From assembly GCA_963708135.1 (NCBI GenBank), contig OY970192.1:2016001-2080000 (forward strand): a stretch of DNA of 64,000 nucleotides. The letters run 5' to 3'. Source of the DNA: an uncultured Gemmatimonadales bacterium. GTDB taxonomy: Bacteria; Gemmatimonadota; Gemmatimonadetes; Longimicrobiales; RSA9. The notes under the pieces are model-generated. The model had not been told where the DNA came from. It saw only the letters and a list, made by a program, of their open reading frames with translations, and made no database searches. Shown one piece after another: positions 28,881 through 39,057 of the stretch. The translations under genes and the position numbers were made by a program. Numbering within the stretch: position 1 is the stretch's first letter; the number at the start of each line of letters is the position of its first letter.

Positions 28881-31800
28881 TCAGAAGCTGTAGCGCAGCG
28901 AGAGCTGCATCTGATAGTTGGACTCGAGCCGGTTGTAGTCGAAGATCTTCGTGTCCGGGTTGAACGTGAACGTGGCCTGATTGTTCACGAGCGTCCTCGA
29001 CGGCAAGCTATTGTAGCTCAGCAGGCTGACGTCGCTGTACGTCGTCGTGACGTGTCCCCAGTCCTTGTTGAGCAAATTCATGAAATTGAACACGTCGAGC
29101 TGGAGTGAGACGTTCTGGAAGCTGAAGGTGTTCAGCGACTGCCGCAGGCTGACGTTCAGGATGTTGGTCCAGGGCGCCGTGCAGCTGTTGCGGGCCATGA
29201 TCTGCCCGCGCTGCGAGCTCAGGCAGCTGTTGTCGTTGATGAACTGGTTGAAGGCCGCGGCCTGCTGAGCGGCGGTGACCGTCTGGCCGCCCGACGTGTA
29301 GTCCGCGAACTGGATCTGCGTCGGATCGGTGGCGTCCGTCGGCACGTAGATCGGGTCGTTGTAGCTCAGCCCGTCGCCGTTCAGGTCGCTCGCGTAGACG
29401 AAGTTGTAGGGAGTCCCCGATGCGCCCGTGTAGATCAGGGAGACCGTCGTCAGGGTCGGGAACGTGTAGCTGCCGTGCGCCACGATCCGGTTCCGCTGCT
29501 CGAAGGAGGAGCGGGTGGCCGTCTTGTCCAGCTGATTGCCGGCCCAGACGCGGCCGTAGCGGTACTGCGAGTATGCGGTGCTGGACGAGAAGCTCTGCAC
29601 GTCCCAGCCGCGGCTGTACGTGTATGCGACGGTTCCCTCCCAGTTGCCCGCGAACCGCCGCGCGAGCTTGCCGGTCAGGTTGTAGAAGTGGTCCTTGTTC
29701 TCGTTCGCCACGTCGATGACCGTGCTGCGCGAGCCGACGAGAGACGGCGCGTAGGGCTTCGTGCCGTAGAGCACGCGGCCGTTCGCATCGGTGCCGACCG
29801 GGCTGGTCAGCGCCATGTTGTAGTAGAAGGGCGCGTAGATCGCCTTCGTGAAGAGCCCCTCGACCGTCCCGACCAGGTCGTGCCCGAGGTCACGGTCGTA
29901 GCCGGCCGACGCGCGCAGCGTCTGCGGCATGTGGAAGCCGGACTGGACGAGGTCGATCTCGCTCCCCGCGCGCGCCGTGTTGCCGTTGGCGCACTCCGTC
30001 GGCGGGGACGCGATCGCCGCGGCGTTGAAGGCCGGCGCGCTGCGGGTGCACGTGAGCAGGTTCACGCCGGTCAGCCCGGAGTTCTGGAACGCGTTGCTGA
30101 GCCAGACGTAGGCGGGCGGGCCGGTGAAGGTGCCGATTCCGCCGCGAAGCTGGTTCCTCTCGTCGCCGGTCATGTCCCAGTTGAAGCCGACGCGCGGCGA
30201 GAACTGGAGATGACCGGAGGGGATCTCTGCCGTGTTGCGCCCGAACTCCTGCACGACGTCCGGGTTCGTCGGCGGCTTGTCGAGGAACGTGGGCACATCC
30301 ACGCGCAGGCCGTAGTTCAGGTTGAACGTCGGCGAGAGCGCCCACTGGTCCTGCGCGTAGCCGGACAGGGTCAGGGTGCGGAAGTTGACCGACCCATCGC
30401 CGACGGCAGGCACTCCCACGATGTAGGAGTAGGCCTGCCCTGCGCGCAGCGAATCGACCGAGTCGAACGTCCACACGCCGTTGATCGATTGAGCGTAGAG
30501 GTTGTGCGCCTTGTAGTAGGTGTTCTGCGTGCCCAGGACGAGCGTGTGCTTGCCGAAGGGCAGCGTCACGTTGTCCGTGATCTCGGCGATGTCCTGGTTG
30601 ACCTGGTTTCCCTGCGAGTAGCGCTCCGTCCCCGCCTGGATCGTCGCGCCCGGGATCCCGACGCTTACCTGTGGCGCATCCGTCGCACCCGTGGCCGTGC
30701 GAGGATCGCGGATCCGCGTGTAGGAGGCGAGCAGCTCGTTGTAGCCGCCGTTGGCGAAGTGCGTCCGCAGCTCCAGCGCCGGTGCGTTCTTCTTCGACGC
30801 GTACTGGTACTGGTTCGAGGTCAGCGCCAGCGTCGGGCTCGTACCGGAGCGGTCCCGATAGATCGCTTCGCTCGTGGCGGAGCCGTAGTTGTAGCGCAGC
30901 GTCAGGGTGCTGTTGCGACCGAGGTCCGGGAAGTCCAACCGGGCGAAGACGTTGGTCAGCGGGTTGTGGACCTTGACGAGACCCGCCGAGCCCGTGGGCA
31001 GCCCGTAGCTCTCGAGCGCCTGCTTGGCCGCGTTGACGTCCGTGGCACTCACGTTGTAGTCGGGGGCGCCCAGGTAGATCCCGGTCATCGGGCTGCTGTA
31101 GGACTGCCGCTCGGCATTGAAGAAGAAGAGGGCCTTGTCCTTCACGATCGGGCCTCCGACGGAAAGTCCATACTGGTACTGCGAGTAATCGTTCAGGTAC
31201 TGCTCGGTGCGCGTGAGGCTCTGGTTGCGCCCGAAGCCGTAGAGCGAGCCGTGGAAGTCGTTCGTGCCGCTCTTCGTGACCGCGTTGATCAGCATGCCGG
31301 CGAAGTTGCCGTGGCGGACATCGAACGGCGCCAGCAGCACCTGGTACTCCTTCACCGCCTCGATCCCGATCGACTTGCCGTTCGCCTGCCCGCCCGGCTG
31401 GCCGGTCGAGCCGAGCCCGAACAGGTCCGTCTCGTTCGACCCGTCGATCTGCACCTGGTTGTAGCGGTTGTTCACGCCGCCCGCCGAGAGGCCCCCGTTC
31501 GGCAGCGTCGTGGACACCTGCGGCGTCAGGACGACGAAGTCCGTGAAGTTGCGGTTCAGCGAGGGCAGCCGGCGGAGCGCGGAGTCCGAGACCGTCGTCA
31601 GGGTGCCGGTCCGGGACGGACTGATCAGCCCCGTTTCCGTCCCCGCCCGCACCGTGATTCCGGCCACCTCGACCGCTTGCGCGGTCAGGTTGAAGTCCAC
31701 CGGCGTCAACTGGCCGAGCGTCACCGTCGCGGTGCGCGTCGCCGGGGCGTAGCCGATACGCTGTGTGGAGACCTCGTACCTGCCGGGCTCCAGTCCCGCA

Positions 31801-32012
31801 ATGAGGTAATGCCCGTCCGGCCCCACGACCACCGAACGCGAAAAGCCGGTGGCCGGGTTGCGAACCACCACCTGCGTTCCGGCCGCGGCCTCGTTGTCCG
31901 CCCGCACCGTGCCGGTGACGCTGCCTGTCGTTGCCTGCGCCGACAATCTCCCCGCCCCGGCCGCCAGCGCCACCAGCGCAGCGAGGGCCAATGACCAGTG
32001 TGCACGCTTCAT
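28881..32012 (-). CDS. TonB-dependent outer membrane receptor (Oar-like, with N-terminal carboxypeptidase-regulatory-like domain)
   Basis: signal peptide; GHYLIAGLEPGRY; LPSLNRNFTDF; INAVTKSGTNDFHGS; YAQDQW; FSPRVGFNWD; C-terminal LRYSF; ATG 32012 with AGGGGA upstream. Confidence 0.92.
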   Translation of the reverse strand: MKRAHWSLALAALVALAAGAGRLSAQATTGSVTGTVRADNEAAAGTQVVVRNPATGFSRSVVVGPDGHYLIAGLEPGRYEVSTQRIGYAPATRTATVTLGQLTPVDFNLTAQAVEVAGITVRAGTETGLISPSRTGTLTTVSDSALRRLPSLNRNFTDFVVLTPQVSTTLPNGGLSAGGVNNRYNQVQIDGSNETDLFGLGSTGQPGGQANGKSIGIEAVKEYQVLLAPFDVRHGNFAGMLINAVTKSGTNDFHGSLYGFGRNQSLTRTEQYLNDYSQYQYGLSVGGPIVKDKALFFFNAERQSYSSPMTGIYLGAPDYNVSATDVNAAKQALESYGLPTGSAGLVKVHNPLTNVFARLDFPDLGRNSTLTLRYNYGSATSEAIYRDRSGTSPTLALTSNQYQYASKKNAPALELRTHFANGGYNELLASYTRIRDPRTATGATDAPQVSVGIPGATIQAGTERYSQGNQVNQDIAEITDNVTLPFGKHTLVLGTQNTYYKAHNLYAQSINGVWTFDSVDSLRAGQAYSYIVGVPAVGDGSVNFRTLTLSGYAQDQWALSPTFNLNYGLRVDVPTFLDKPPTNPDVVQEFGRNTAEIPSGHLQFSPRVGFNWDMTGDERNQLRGGIGTFTGPPAYVWLSNAFQNSGLTGVNLLTCTRSAPAFNAAAIASPPTECANGNTARAGSEIDLVQSGFHMPQTLRASAGYDRDLGHDLVGTVEGLFTKAIYAPFYYNMALTSPVGTDANGRVLYGTKPYAPSLVGSRSTVIDVANENKDHFYNLTGKLARRFAGNWEGTVAYTYSRGWDVQSFSSSTAYSQYRYGRVWAGNQLDKTATRSSFEQRNRIVAHGSYTFPTLTTVSLIYTGASGTPYNFVYASDLNGDGLSYNDPIYVPTDATDPTQIQFADYTSGGQTVTAAQQAAAFNQFINDNSCLSSQRGQIMARNSCTAPWTNILNVSLRQSLNTFSFQNVSLQLDVFNFMNLLNKDWGHVTTTYSDVSLLSYNSLPSRTLVNNQATFTFNPDTKIFDYNRLESNYQMQLSLRYSF

Positions 32013-32246
32013 GTGGGTTCCCCTGTTGGATTGTGGTTCATCGAACCGAAGAGCGGCGGATACGATCGCGATGCGAAACCGTTGGGGAATGGCTCCGCTC
32101 GCACGGACGCGTTCCGCCCATGCAGGGCGGCGCGCGTCCACGCTGGGTTGGCCGTCATCGACGAGTGCTCCGGTTTTCATGAAGACGAAGGGTCGGGTCG
32201 AACTCGGGCTCGGGCGGCGGCTCTCAGCTTGATTCGCGACGCGCCC

Positions 32247-32275
32247 AAGCTAGACCCCCGCGCGGGTAGCGTCAA
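32247..32275 (-). promoter_or_regulatory. sigma70-type promoter of the TonB receptor gene
   Basis: TTGACG-17 bp-TAGCTT, implying a 5' UTR of about 230 nt. Confidence 0.55.
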
Positions 32276-32414
32276 GGTGCTTTTCGGTACGTGATCCGAC
32301 CGTTACAGCCGCCTTGCGGTCGGCGGGCCGGGCTCGTCGCGCGGGAGGCAGAATGGGCCCCCCGCGCCCACCCCCGGCAAGGTCCCGAAAGGTGCTCGAC
32401 GGCCGGAGGTGCGC

Positions 32415-33449
32415 TCAGTCCCCGGCGCCGACCGGCAGCTCCTCCGCCTCCTCGGCGCCGAGGAAGCCCTCGGCCATGTCCACGAACTCGCGGGAGCCGA
32501 GGTAGAGGGGGGTACGCTGGTGCAGCGCGGTCGGCTCGAGGCCGAGGATGTCGCGGCTGCCGTCGGAGGCCCGGCCGCCGGCGTGCTCGCAGACGAAGGC
32601 CAGCGGCGCGGCCTCGTAGAGCAGCCGCAGCTTGCCGCGGGGGTTCCGCGTGTCGGCGGGATACATGAAGATTCCACCGTAGAGGAGCGTCCGGTGGAAG
32701 TCGGCCACGAGGGAGCCGATGTAGCGCGATGAGAAGGCGGGCCCCGCCTCACCATCCAGCCCCTTCAGGTGGTCGATCAGGCGGCGCTGGCCGGCCGACC
32801 AGCGGCCGTAGTAGCCCTCGTTCACGCTGTAGATGCGCTGGGGCGGTCTCGGGATGCGGATGTCGGGGTGGCTGAGCAGGAACTCGCCGATGGAGGGGTC
32901 CAGCGTGAAGCCGTGCACGCCGTTGCCGGTGGTGTAGACGAGCATGGTCGAGGAGCCGTACACCACGTACCCGGCCGCGACCTGGCGCGTGCCCGGCTGG
33001 AGGCAGTCCTCGAGGCAGCCGCGCGGCGCGTCGGAGACCTTGCGGTGGATGGAGAAGATCGTGCCGACGGAGACGTTGGCCTCGATGTTGGAGGAGCCGT
33101 CCAGCGGATCGTACAGGAGCGCGTAGCGGCCGGTGGGGAACTTCTCCGGGATCGGAATGATCTCCGCGGCCTCCTCGGAGGCCATGCAGCAGAGCAGGCC
33201 GCCGTGGTCGAGGGCCTTGAAGATCGCCTCGTGCGCGTACACGTCGAGCTTCTTGACCTCCTCGCCGTGGACGTTGATCTGATCCGCGGAGCCGAGGATG
33301 TCGACGAGGCCCGCCTTGTTCACCTCGCGCGCGATCAGCTTGGCGGCGAGGGCGATCTCGTAGAGGATGTTGCTGAAGGCGCCCGTCGCCTCCGGGAACA
33401 GGCGCTCCTGCTCTATGATGTGCCGCTCGATCGTGACGACGGACGTCAT
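32415..33449 (-). CDS. fbp: class 1 fructose-1,6-bisphosphatase
   Basis: [57 protein letters not shown]. Confidence 0.96.
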   Translation of the reverse strand: MTSVVTIERHIIEQERLFPEATGAFSNILYEIALAAKLIAREVNKAGLVDILGSADQINVHGEEVKKLDVYAHEAIFKALDHGGLLCCMASEEAAEIIPIPEKFPTGRYALLYDPLDGSSNIEANVSVGTIFSIHRKVSDAPRGCLEDCLQPGTRQVAAGYVVYGSSTMLVYTTGNGVHGFTLDPSIGEFLLSHPDIRIPRPPQRIYSVNEGYYGRWSAGQRRLIDHLKGLDGEAGPAFSSRYIGSLVADFHRTLLYGGIFMYPADTRNPRGKLRLLYEAAPLAFVCEHAGGRASDGSRDILGLEPTALHQRTPLYLGSREFVDMAEGFLGAEEAEELPVGAGD

Positions 33450-33808
33450 GGCGTCTCTCCTGGCGACCGGTCTCGCTCCGCCTCCCTCGCCTCGACCTCG
33501 TACGGGTTGGACTCGTAGCCGTGGCGAAGGTGGCCCACTACGTACCGCACGGGGAAGGCCAGCGGCGATGCCTGCCACTGCCGCACGTGCGCCAGCTCGT
33601 GGCGGACCAGCCGCGCCGTCAGCGGCGCGCCCGGGTGTACCACGATCGTGCGCCCCAGCGTCACGGCGGCCGCCGGCCCGCTCATCCCGGACAGCAGCCC
33701 GCCCAGCCACGGGATCCACCGTCCCCGGCGGACCTCCACGCCCGGCGGCAGCGCCTCGGGCGAGTCCGCGCGCGCGCCGGCCGCGGCGCGCACCAGTCGA
33801 TCGATCAT
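33446..33808 (-). CDS. small HExxH zincin-like protein (DUF4157-like)
   Basis: [12 protein letters not shown]...[12 protein letters not shown]...[16 protein letters not shown] overlaps with both neighbours. Confidence 0.75.
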   Translation of the reverse strand: MIDRLVRAAAGARADSPEALPPGVEVRRGRWIPWLGGLLSGMSGPAAAVTLGRTIVVHPGAPLTARLVRHELAHVRQWQASPLAFPVRYVVGHLRHGYESNPYEVEAREAERDRSPGETP

Positions 33809-36180
33809 CTCGCGGCCTCCACCCGGAAACTGCCATCCCGCTGCGCGCGCACCGTGATCGTGCCTTGCTCATCCGTGCGCCAAATGGCGACGCCGTGCCG
33901 CCGCAGCCGGGCAAGAACCTCCGGCGCCGGGTGGCCGAAACGGTTGTGCCGCCCGACCGACACGAGTGCCAGCGCGGGCGCGGCGGCCGTCAGGAACGCC
34001 TCGGACGTCGCCGTGCGGCTGCCGTGGTGCCCCGCCTTGAGCACCTGTACGCGCAGCGCGGCGCCCTCGCGCGCCACCAGCTCCTGCTCCACGTCGGCCG
34101 GCGCGTCGCCCATGAAGAGGGCGCCGAACCGGCCGAAATGTAACAGAAACACCACGGAAAGCTCGTTCGTCTGCGCGGGGGCGTCAAGCGCCGCACGGAG
34201 CGGCGCGAGCACCTGGAGCGTCGCGTCGCCGATCCGGATCTCACGGCCGGCGCGCGCGGCCGCCCACCGGGTGCCGTGGTGCATGGCGTCGCGCACGGTC
34301 TCCAGGAACAGCGGCTTTCCCTCCACCACACCGGGATCCACCACCAGGTCCACCGGGAACGCGTCGAGCACGGCCTTGGCGCCTCCGATGTGGTCCGCGT
34401 CCGCGTGCGTCAGGACGAGCAGCGCGAGCCGCCGCGCGCCACGGCTGAGCAAGAACGGCACCACACGGGTCCTTCCCGCGTCGAAGCGCGCGTCGCGCGG
34501 TCCGGCGTCCACAAGGATCCAGGCGCCGCCGGGTACCCGGATGGCCAGCGCATCCCCCTGCCCCACGTCGATCGCATCGATCTCGAGGACGTCGCCCGCC
34601 GAGGAGCGGACCGCCACCGGCCAGGCGACGAGGGCGGCCGCCGCGAGGCCGGCCGCGATCATCCGTCGCGGCCACGGCCGGATCCCATCCCGAAGCGCGA
34701 GCCCCGCCGCGGCGGCCCCGGCCAGCAGCGCCGCGGCGAGCCAGCCGAGCGTCGTGTCCCGCGCCACGACGAGACTGCCGTACGGCACCGCCGCCGCGGC
34801 GCGCGCGGTGCCATCCAGCGCGGCCAGCACGAGCCGGCCCCCCGGCGCGAGCAGGCCCCCCGCCGCGGGGGACGCCATCCCGATCGCGAGCGTCGCCCCC
34901 AGCGCCGGCACGGCGAGCCCCGCCAGAGGGATGGCGGCCAGATTCGCGACGATCCCGATCGGCGCGAAGCGCCCGAACTGCAGCGCCGCGATCGGGGCCG
35001 TGGCGGCCGTCGCCGCCAGGCTGGCCGCGAGCGCCTTCCGCAGCGCCGGCCGGATGTGCGCCAGCCGCGCCTCGACCGGACGGCGCAACACCACGAGCCC
35101 GGTGATCCCGGCGAACGACAGCTGGAATCCGGGCTCGAGGATCATCAGCGGATCCACGGCCAAAAGCGCCAGCGCGGCCGCCGCCAGGAGCGCCAGCGGG
35201 TCCGCCGGCCGCTGGAGCATCCGCGAGGCGAGGAAGAGCCCGATCAGCAGTGCCGCCCGCGCCGCCGCCGGAGGCGCGCCGATGCCCAGCACGTAGATCC
35301 CGGTCACGAGCGCGGCCGCGGCGTCCGCGCGCCGCCTCGGCAGCCGGAGGAGCCCGCACACGAGCAGCGCCACCGCCGCGATGATGCCGGCGTGGAGCCC
35401 GGAAATCGCGAGCACGTGACTGAGGCCTGAGCGCGCGAAGCGGTCCCGGATGGCCGGGTCGAGCCCGTCGCGGCGCGCGAGAAGCATGGCCTCGACGAGA
35501 CCCGCGTCCGCGCCGAACAGCCGCCGCGTCCGCCGCTGCAGCATCCCGCGGAACGCCGCCAGCCGGTCGGCGCGGCCGGGGAGGAACGCCAGCGAGTCCA
35601 CCGTGAGCCGCCCCGCCCGCTCCGCCGCGCGCGGCCAGCCGGAGGCCGGCGGCTCCACCCACCAGCTCCCCCTCAGACGGACCGGGCGGCCCGCCAGGGA
35701 CGGCGGCCGGGGCAGTGCGCGCCGGACCGGCCGCCCACCGGGCGATGTCACGGGGAGAGGCCTCCCGGCGCGCGGCCCGCCGCCGTGCGGCAACGCGGCC
35801 ACGCGCGCCCAGATCCGGCCGGTGCACGCCACGCTCGTCCGGCCAACGACCAGCCGCGTCAGCCGGAACGGCGCCGCCGCGCCCGGCCACGGCTCGGCCT
35901 CGAAGTAGCCATCCGCCCGGACCTCGGCGCCATCGGCCAGCCGTGCCCGGCAGTCCCGCACCGCCCGGGCCGCGCCGCCCCCGCCCAGCGCCGCGCCAGC
36001 GGCCGCGAAGAGGGCGAGCACCGCCGCGGCGCGCGTGAGCCGGCCGCAGAGCGCCGCCGTGAGGCCGAGGAGCGCGGCCGCCGCGAGCGGAGTCCCGAGC
36101 GAGGGGAGCCGGAGTCCGAGGAGAAGCCCCGCGCCGAAGGCGAGGGCGTAACGGGCGAGGGGAGGGAGCGGACGGCTCAC
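33805..36180 (-). CDS. comEC: DNA internalization competence protein ComEC/Rec2
   Basis: [65 protein letters not shown]. Confidence 0.93.
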   Translation of the reverse strand: MSRPLPPLARYALAFGAGLLLGLRLPSLGTPLAAAALLGLTAALCGRLTRAAAVLALFAAAGAALGGGGAARAVRDCRARLADGAEVRADGYFEAEPWPGAAAPFRLTRLVVGRTSVACTGRIWARVAALPHGGGPRAGRPLPVTSPGGRPVRRALPRPPSLAGRPVRLRGSWWVEPPASGWPRAAERAGRLTVDSLAFLPGRADRLAAFRGMLQRRTRRLFGADAGLVEAMLLARRDGLDPAIRDRFARSGLSHVLAISGLHAGIIAAVALLVCGLLRLPRRRADAAAALVTGIYVLGIGAPPAAARAALLIGLFLASRMLQRPADPLALLAAAALALLAVDPLMILEPGFQLSFAGITGLVVLRRPVEARLAHIRPALRKALAASLAATAATAPIAALQFGRFAPIGIVANLAAIPLAGLAVPALGATLAIGMASPAAGGLLAPGGRLVLAALDGTARAAAAVPYGSLVVARDTTLGWLAAALLAGAAAAGLALRDGIRPWPRRMIAAGLAAAALVAWPVAVRSSAGDVLEIDAIDVGQGDALAIRVPGGAWILVDAGPRDARFDAGRTRVVPFLLSRGARRLALLVLTHADADHIGGAKAVLDAFPVDLVVDPGVVEGKPLFLETVRDAMHHGTRWAAARAGREIRIGDATLQVLAPLRAALDAPAQTNELSVVFLLHFGRFGALFMGDAPADVEQELVAREGAALRVQVLKAGHHGSRTATSEAFLTAAAPALALVSVGRHNRFGHPAPEVLARLRRHGVAIWRTDEQGTITVRAQRDGSFRVEAAR

Positions 36181-36255
36181 GGCGGCGCGTCCGCCGAGCT
36201 CGCGACCGACCCCTCTGCCTGCTTCGACTGCCCGGGGGAGGTGCCGAGCCGGCCG

Positions 36256-37809
36256 TCAGGCCGCGGCGGAGCCGGCGTCCACGGGCGCGCCCGTGAAGGT
36301 CGCGCCGCTCGTCGCCGTGAGGCGGACGGTGCGGAACCGTCCGATGAGGGAGGTGTCCCCGGGGAACGCCACCACCCTGCTCGTGCGGGTGCGGCCAAGC
36401 ATGTCACCGGCCGAGCGCGCCTCGCGCTCGACCAGCACCTCGACCGTGCGCCCGACCTCGCCCCCGTTGATCTCCGCCTGGATGCCGCGCTGGAGCTCGA
36501 TGAGCCGCTCGAGACGCTCCTGCGCGAGCGCCGGCGCGATGAAGTCCGCCGCCGGCAGCCGCGTGGCCGGCGTCCCCTCACGGGCGGAGTACTTGTAGAG
36601 GTAAGCGTCGTCGTAGCGCACCTCGCGCATGAGCGCCAGCGTGGCCTCATACTCCTCGTCCGTCTCGCCCGGGAAGCCGACGATCACGTCCGTCGAGAGC
36701 GCGATCCGCGGGATCGCCGCGCGCACGAGCGCCACCTTCTCCAGGTAGGACGCCACCGTGTAGCGCCGGAGCATGCGCCGCAGCGTGCGGTCGTGGCCCG
36801 CCTGCACCGGGAGGTGCAGCTGCTCGCATACCGCCGGCTCCTCCGCCATCACCTCGACCAGCGCCTCGGTCACGTCGCCGGGATGGGGCGAGGTGAAGCG
36901 CACCCGCCGGATCCCGTCCACCCGCGCCACCGCCCGCAGCAGCCGGGCGAAGTCCCACGCCCCGTGCCGGTACGAGTTCACGGTCTGCCCGAGCAGCACC
37001 ACCTCGGGGATCCCCCGCTCCGCAACGGCGCGCACCTCCGCCAGCACCTCGTCCGCCGCACGGTTCTTCTCGGGCCCCCGCACATACGGCACGATGCAGT
37101 AGGTGCAGCGGTGGTCGCAGCCGCGCTGTACCGGGACCCACGCGCTCACGCGCGAGCTCCGCCGGACCTCCAGCCCCTCGTAGTTCTCCTCCGGCCGGAA
37201 ATCGAGCACGGCGACGCGCCCCTCCTCCAGCTCCGGCACCGCACCGACCACGGGCAGCGACGGGCCCCGGCGCGCCGCGCGAGCTCCGACGCCGCCCGGC
37301 GCCCGCGCGCCTCCGGCCGCCGGTGATGAGGCCGGCGCCGGGGCAGGTCCGGCGGCGCTATCGCCTGTACCGGCGGCGCCCGGCAGCACCCCGGGCCGCA
37401 GCGCGGCCAGCGTCTCGGGTATGCTCCGGTAGCCGTCCGGGCCCATCACGAAATCCACGTAGCCCGCCCGACCGAGCAGGCGCTCGCCGAGACGCTGCGC
37501 CATGCAGCCGGTCACCCCGATGACGAGCTCCGGCCGCTCCCGCTTGATCCGGTTCAGCTCGCCCACCCGGCCGAGCACGCGCCGCTCGGCGTGCTCGCGG
37601 ATCGCGCACGTGTTGACGAGCACCACGTCCGCATCCTCCGGCCGGTCCACCAGCTGGTAGCCGCCCGCCGCGAGGATCCCCTCCATCAGCTCGCCATCGC
37701 TGATGTTCATCTGGCAGCCGTACGTCTCGACGTAGGCCGTTCGCGGCGCGTGCTGTCGATCGGGAGTTTGCGGCATCGTTCGGTGCGGGTCCATGGCAGA
37801 TCGGGCCAT
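36256..37809 (-). CDS. miaB: tRNA-2-methylthio-N6-dimethylallyladenosine synthase
   Basis: TYGCQMN, NTCAIRE, GCMAQ, GCDHRCTYC, LLGQTVNSY, C-terminal TRAM domain; start could be 37809, 37794 or 37776. Confidence 0.95.
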   Translation of the reverse strand: MARSAMDPHRTMPQTPDRQHAPRTAYVETYGCQMNISDGELMEGILAAGGYQLVDRPEDADVVLVNTCAIREHAERRVLGRVGELNRIKRERPELVIGVTGCMAQRLGERLLGRAGYVDFVMGPDGYRSIPETLAALRPGVLPGAAGTGDSAAGPAPAPASSPAAGGARAPGGVGARAARRGPSLPVVGAVPELEEGRVAVLDFRPEENYEGLEVRRSSRVSAWVPVQRGCDHRCTYCIVPYVRGPEKNRAADEVLAEVRAVAERGIPEVVLLGQTVNSYRHGAWDFARLLRAVARVDGIRRVRFTSPHPGDVTEALVEVMAEEPAVCEQLHLPVQAGHDRTLRRMLRRYTVASYLEKVALVRAAIPRIALSTDVIVGFPGETDEEYEATLALMREVRYDDAYLYKYSAREGTPATRLPAADFIAPALAQERLERLIELQRGIQAEINGGEVGRTVEVLVEREARSAGDMLGRTRTSRVVAFPGDTSLIGRFRTVRLTATSGATFTGAPVDAGSAAA

Positions 37810-37851
37810 CCTGGACGGACGGGGGGTGCTACCCGGGCGGCGCGGAAAAGG

Positions 37852-39057
37852 TCAGCGCCCGAAGAGCGCGAGCGAGATGGTGAGACGCCAGAAGCTCTCC
37901 TTCAGCGGCGTGGCCACCGGCCCGCCCGTGCGGCGGCCGCGCTCGATCGAGAAGTCGCCCACGGCGTAGGGCGAGTCCTCGTTGCCGGCGAAGCGGTAGC
38001 CGATCCCGGCCGAGCCCGACCACTCGTTGGCCGGCGTCTCGCCCGCCACGTAAAACGGCAGCTGGGCGTAGTTGAAGCCGAGGCGCAGCGGGAAGGTGCG
38101 GCCGGCGGAGGAGCGGGCGCCACCCCACTCGACGCCGCCGCCGAGGTGATAGACGTCGCGGGCGGTGGTCTGCTGGTTGGGGCTGTCCGCGCCGGCCCCG
38201 GCCTGGCGGAAATCTCCCGCCGCGGCGGACCAGCCCGCCCAGCCACCGCCGAGCACCGCCATGACCCGCGGCGAGAGCACGGCGCTCAGGCCGCCGTCCA
38301 GCTGGAGCGGGAGCCCGAAGGTGCGGCTCGCCGCGCTGTCGGTGGTGGCGTGGAGATTCCCGGCCCACGTCCCGCTCACACCGAGCCGTACGAGGTTCCC
38401 CGCATCCACCCGCAGGCCCACGGATGCCAGCGGGGCGCTGTACGCCCACTGCGTGCGCGAGTGGAAGCCGTGGAGGTCGAAGGTCACGCTGTCGGGGAAG
38501 CTGCGCGTGACCTCGCGCGCCACGTTCCCGGTATAGACGCCGCCCGCCACGCCGATGGCGACGGAGGGCGAGAGCATGTACGCGCCGCCTACCCGAAGCT
38601 GTGAGATGCCGCCGTTCGAGCTCACCACGTCCTTGGACTCGACCGAATCGGTGCCGAACAACTCGGTGTGCGTGTTCGAGACCGCCCACGACTGGTCGAG
38701 GAAGCCGCCGAAGCCGGCGCTCAGCACCACGCGCCGGCTGAGCGGGTACATCACCCGGATGAGCGGAAAGCGGGATGAGCCGACCGAGCCCTTCTGCCCC
38801 CCGAGCTCCTCCGTCCGCGACGACGGCTGCAGCGTGGCCACGCCGCCGCGGAATAGCACGCCCGCCAGGTCGGCGGGATTCACCATCGAGGGATTGAAGC
38901 CGAAGAGTCCCGTGGCGACGCCGCCGAGCGCGCGCGCCCGGCCGTCCACGGCCTGGACCGGGACCCCGAGCCCGCGGGTCGCGAAGAGGGACTGCGCGCC
39001 GGCCGGCGCGGCCATCCCGGGGGCGAGGAGCACGAGCAGCAGAAGCGCGCGTCTCAT
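37852..39057 (-). CDS. outer membrane beta-barrel protein, FadL/OmpP1-like
   Basis: signal peptide; RGLG...GRARALGG...NPADLA hatch-like motif; alternating amphipathic strands; C-terminal LTISLALFGR. Confidence 0.7.
   Translation of the reverse strand: MRRALLLLVLLAPGMAAPAGAQSLFATRGLGVPVQAVDGRARALGGVATGLFGFNPSMVNPADLAGVLFRGGVATLQPSSRTEELGGQKGSVGSSRFPLIRVMYPLSRRVVLSAGFGGFLDQSWAVSNTHTELFGTDSVESKDVVSSNGGISQLRVGGAYMLSPSVAIGVAGGVYTGNVAREVTRSFPDSVTFDLHGFHSRTQWAYSAPLASVGLRVDAGNLVRLGVSGTWAGNLHATTDSAASRTFGLPLQLDGGLSAVLSPRVMAVLGGGWAGWSAAAGDFRQAGAGADSPNQQTTARDVYHLGGGVEWGGARSSAGRTFPLRLGFNYAQLPFYVAGETPANEWSGSAGIGYRFAGNEDSPYAVGDFSIERGRRTGGPVATPLKESFWRLTISLALFGR

Noticed and set aside
28881..32012. Horizontally acquired island at the TonB receptor
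   Set aside because: The lower GC is explained by an Asn/Tyr/Thr/Phe-rich barrel sequence; third positions remain G/C-rich and there is no integrase, tRNA or flanking repeat.
32170..32235. TPP riboswitch in the TonB receptor leader
   Set aside because: CTGAGA and ACCCTTCG occur on the minus strand, but the AACCTGAT...TAAT...GCGNAGG core is absent.
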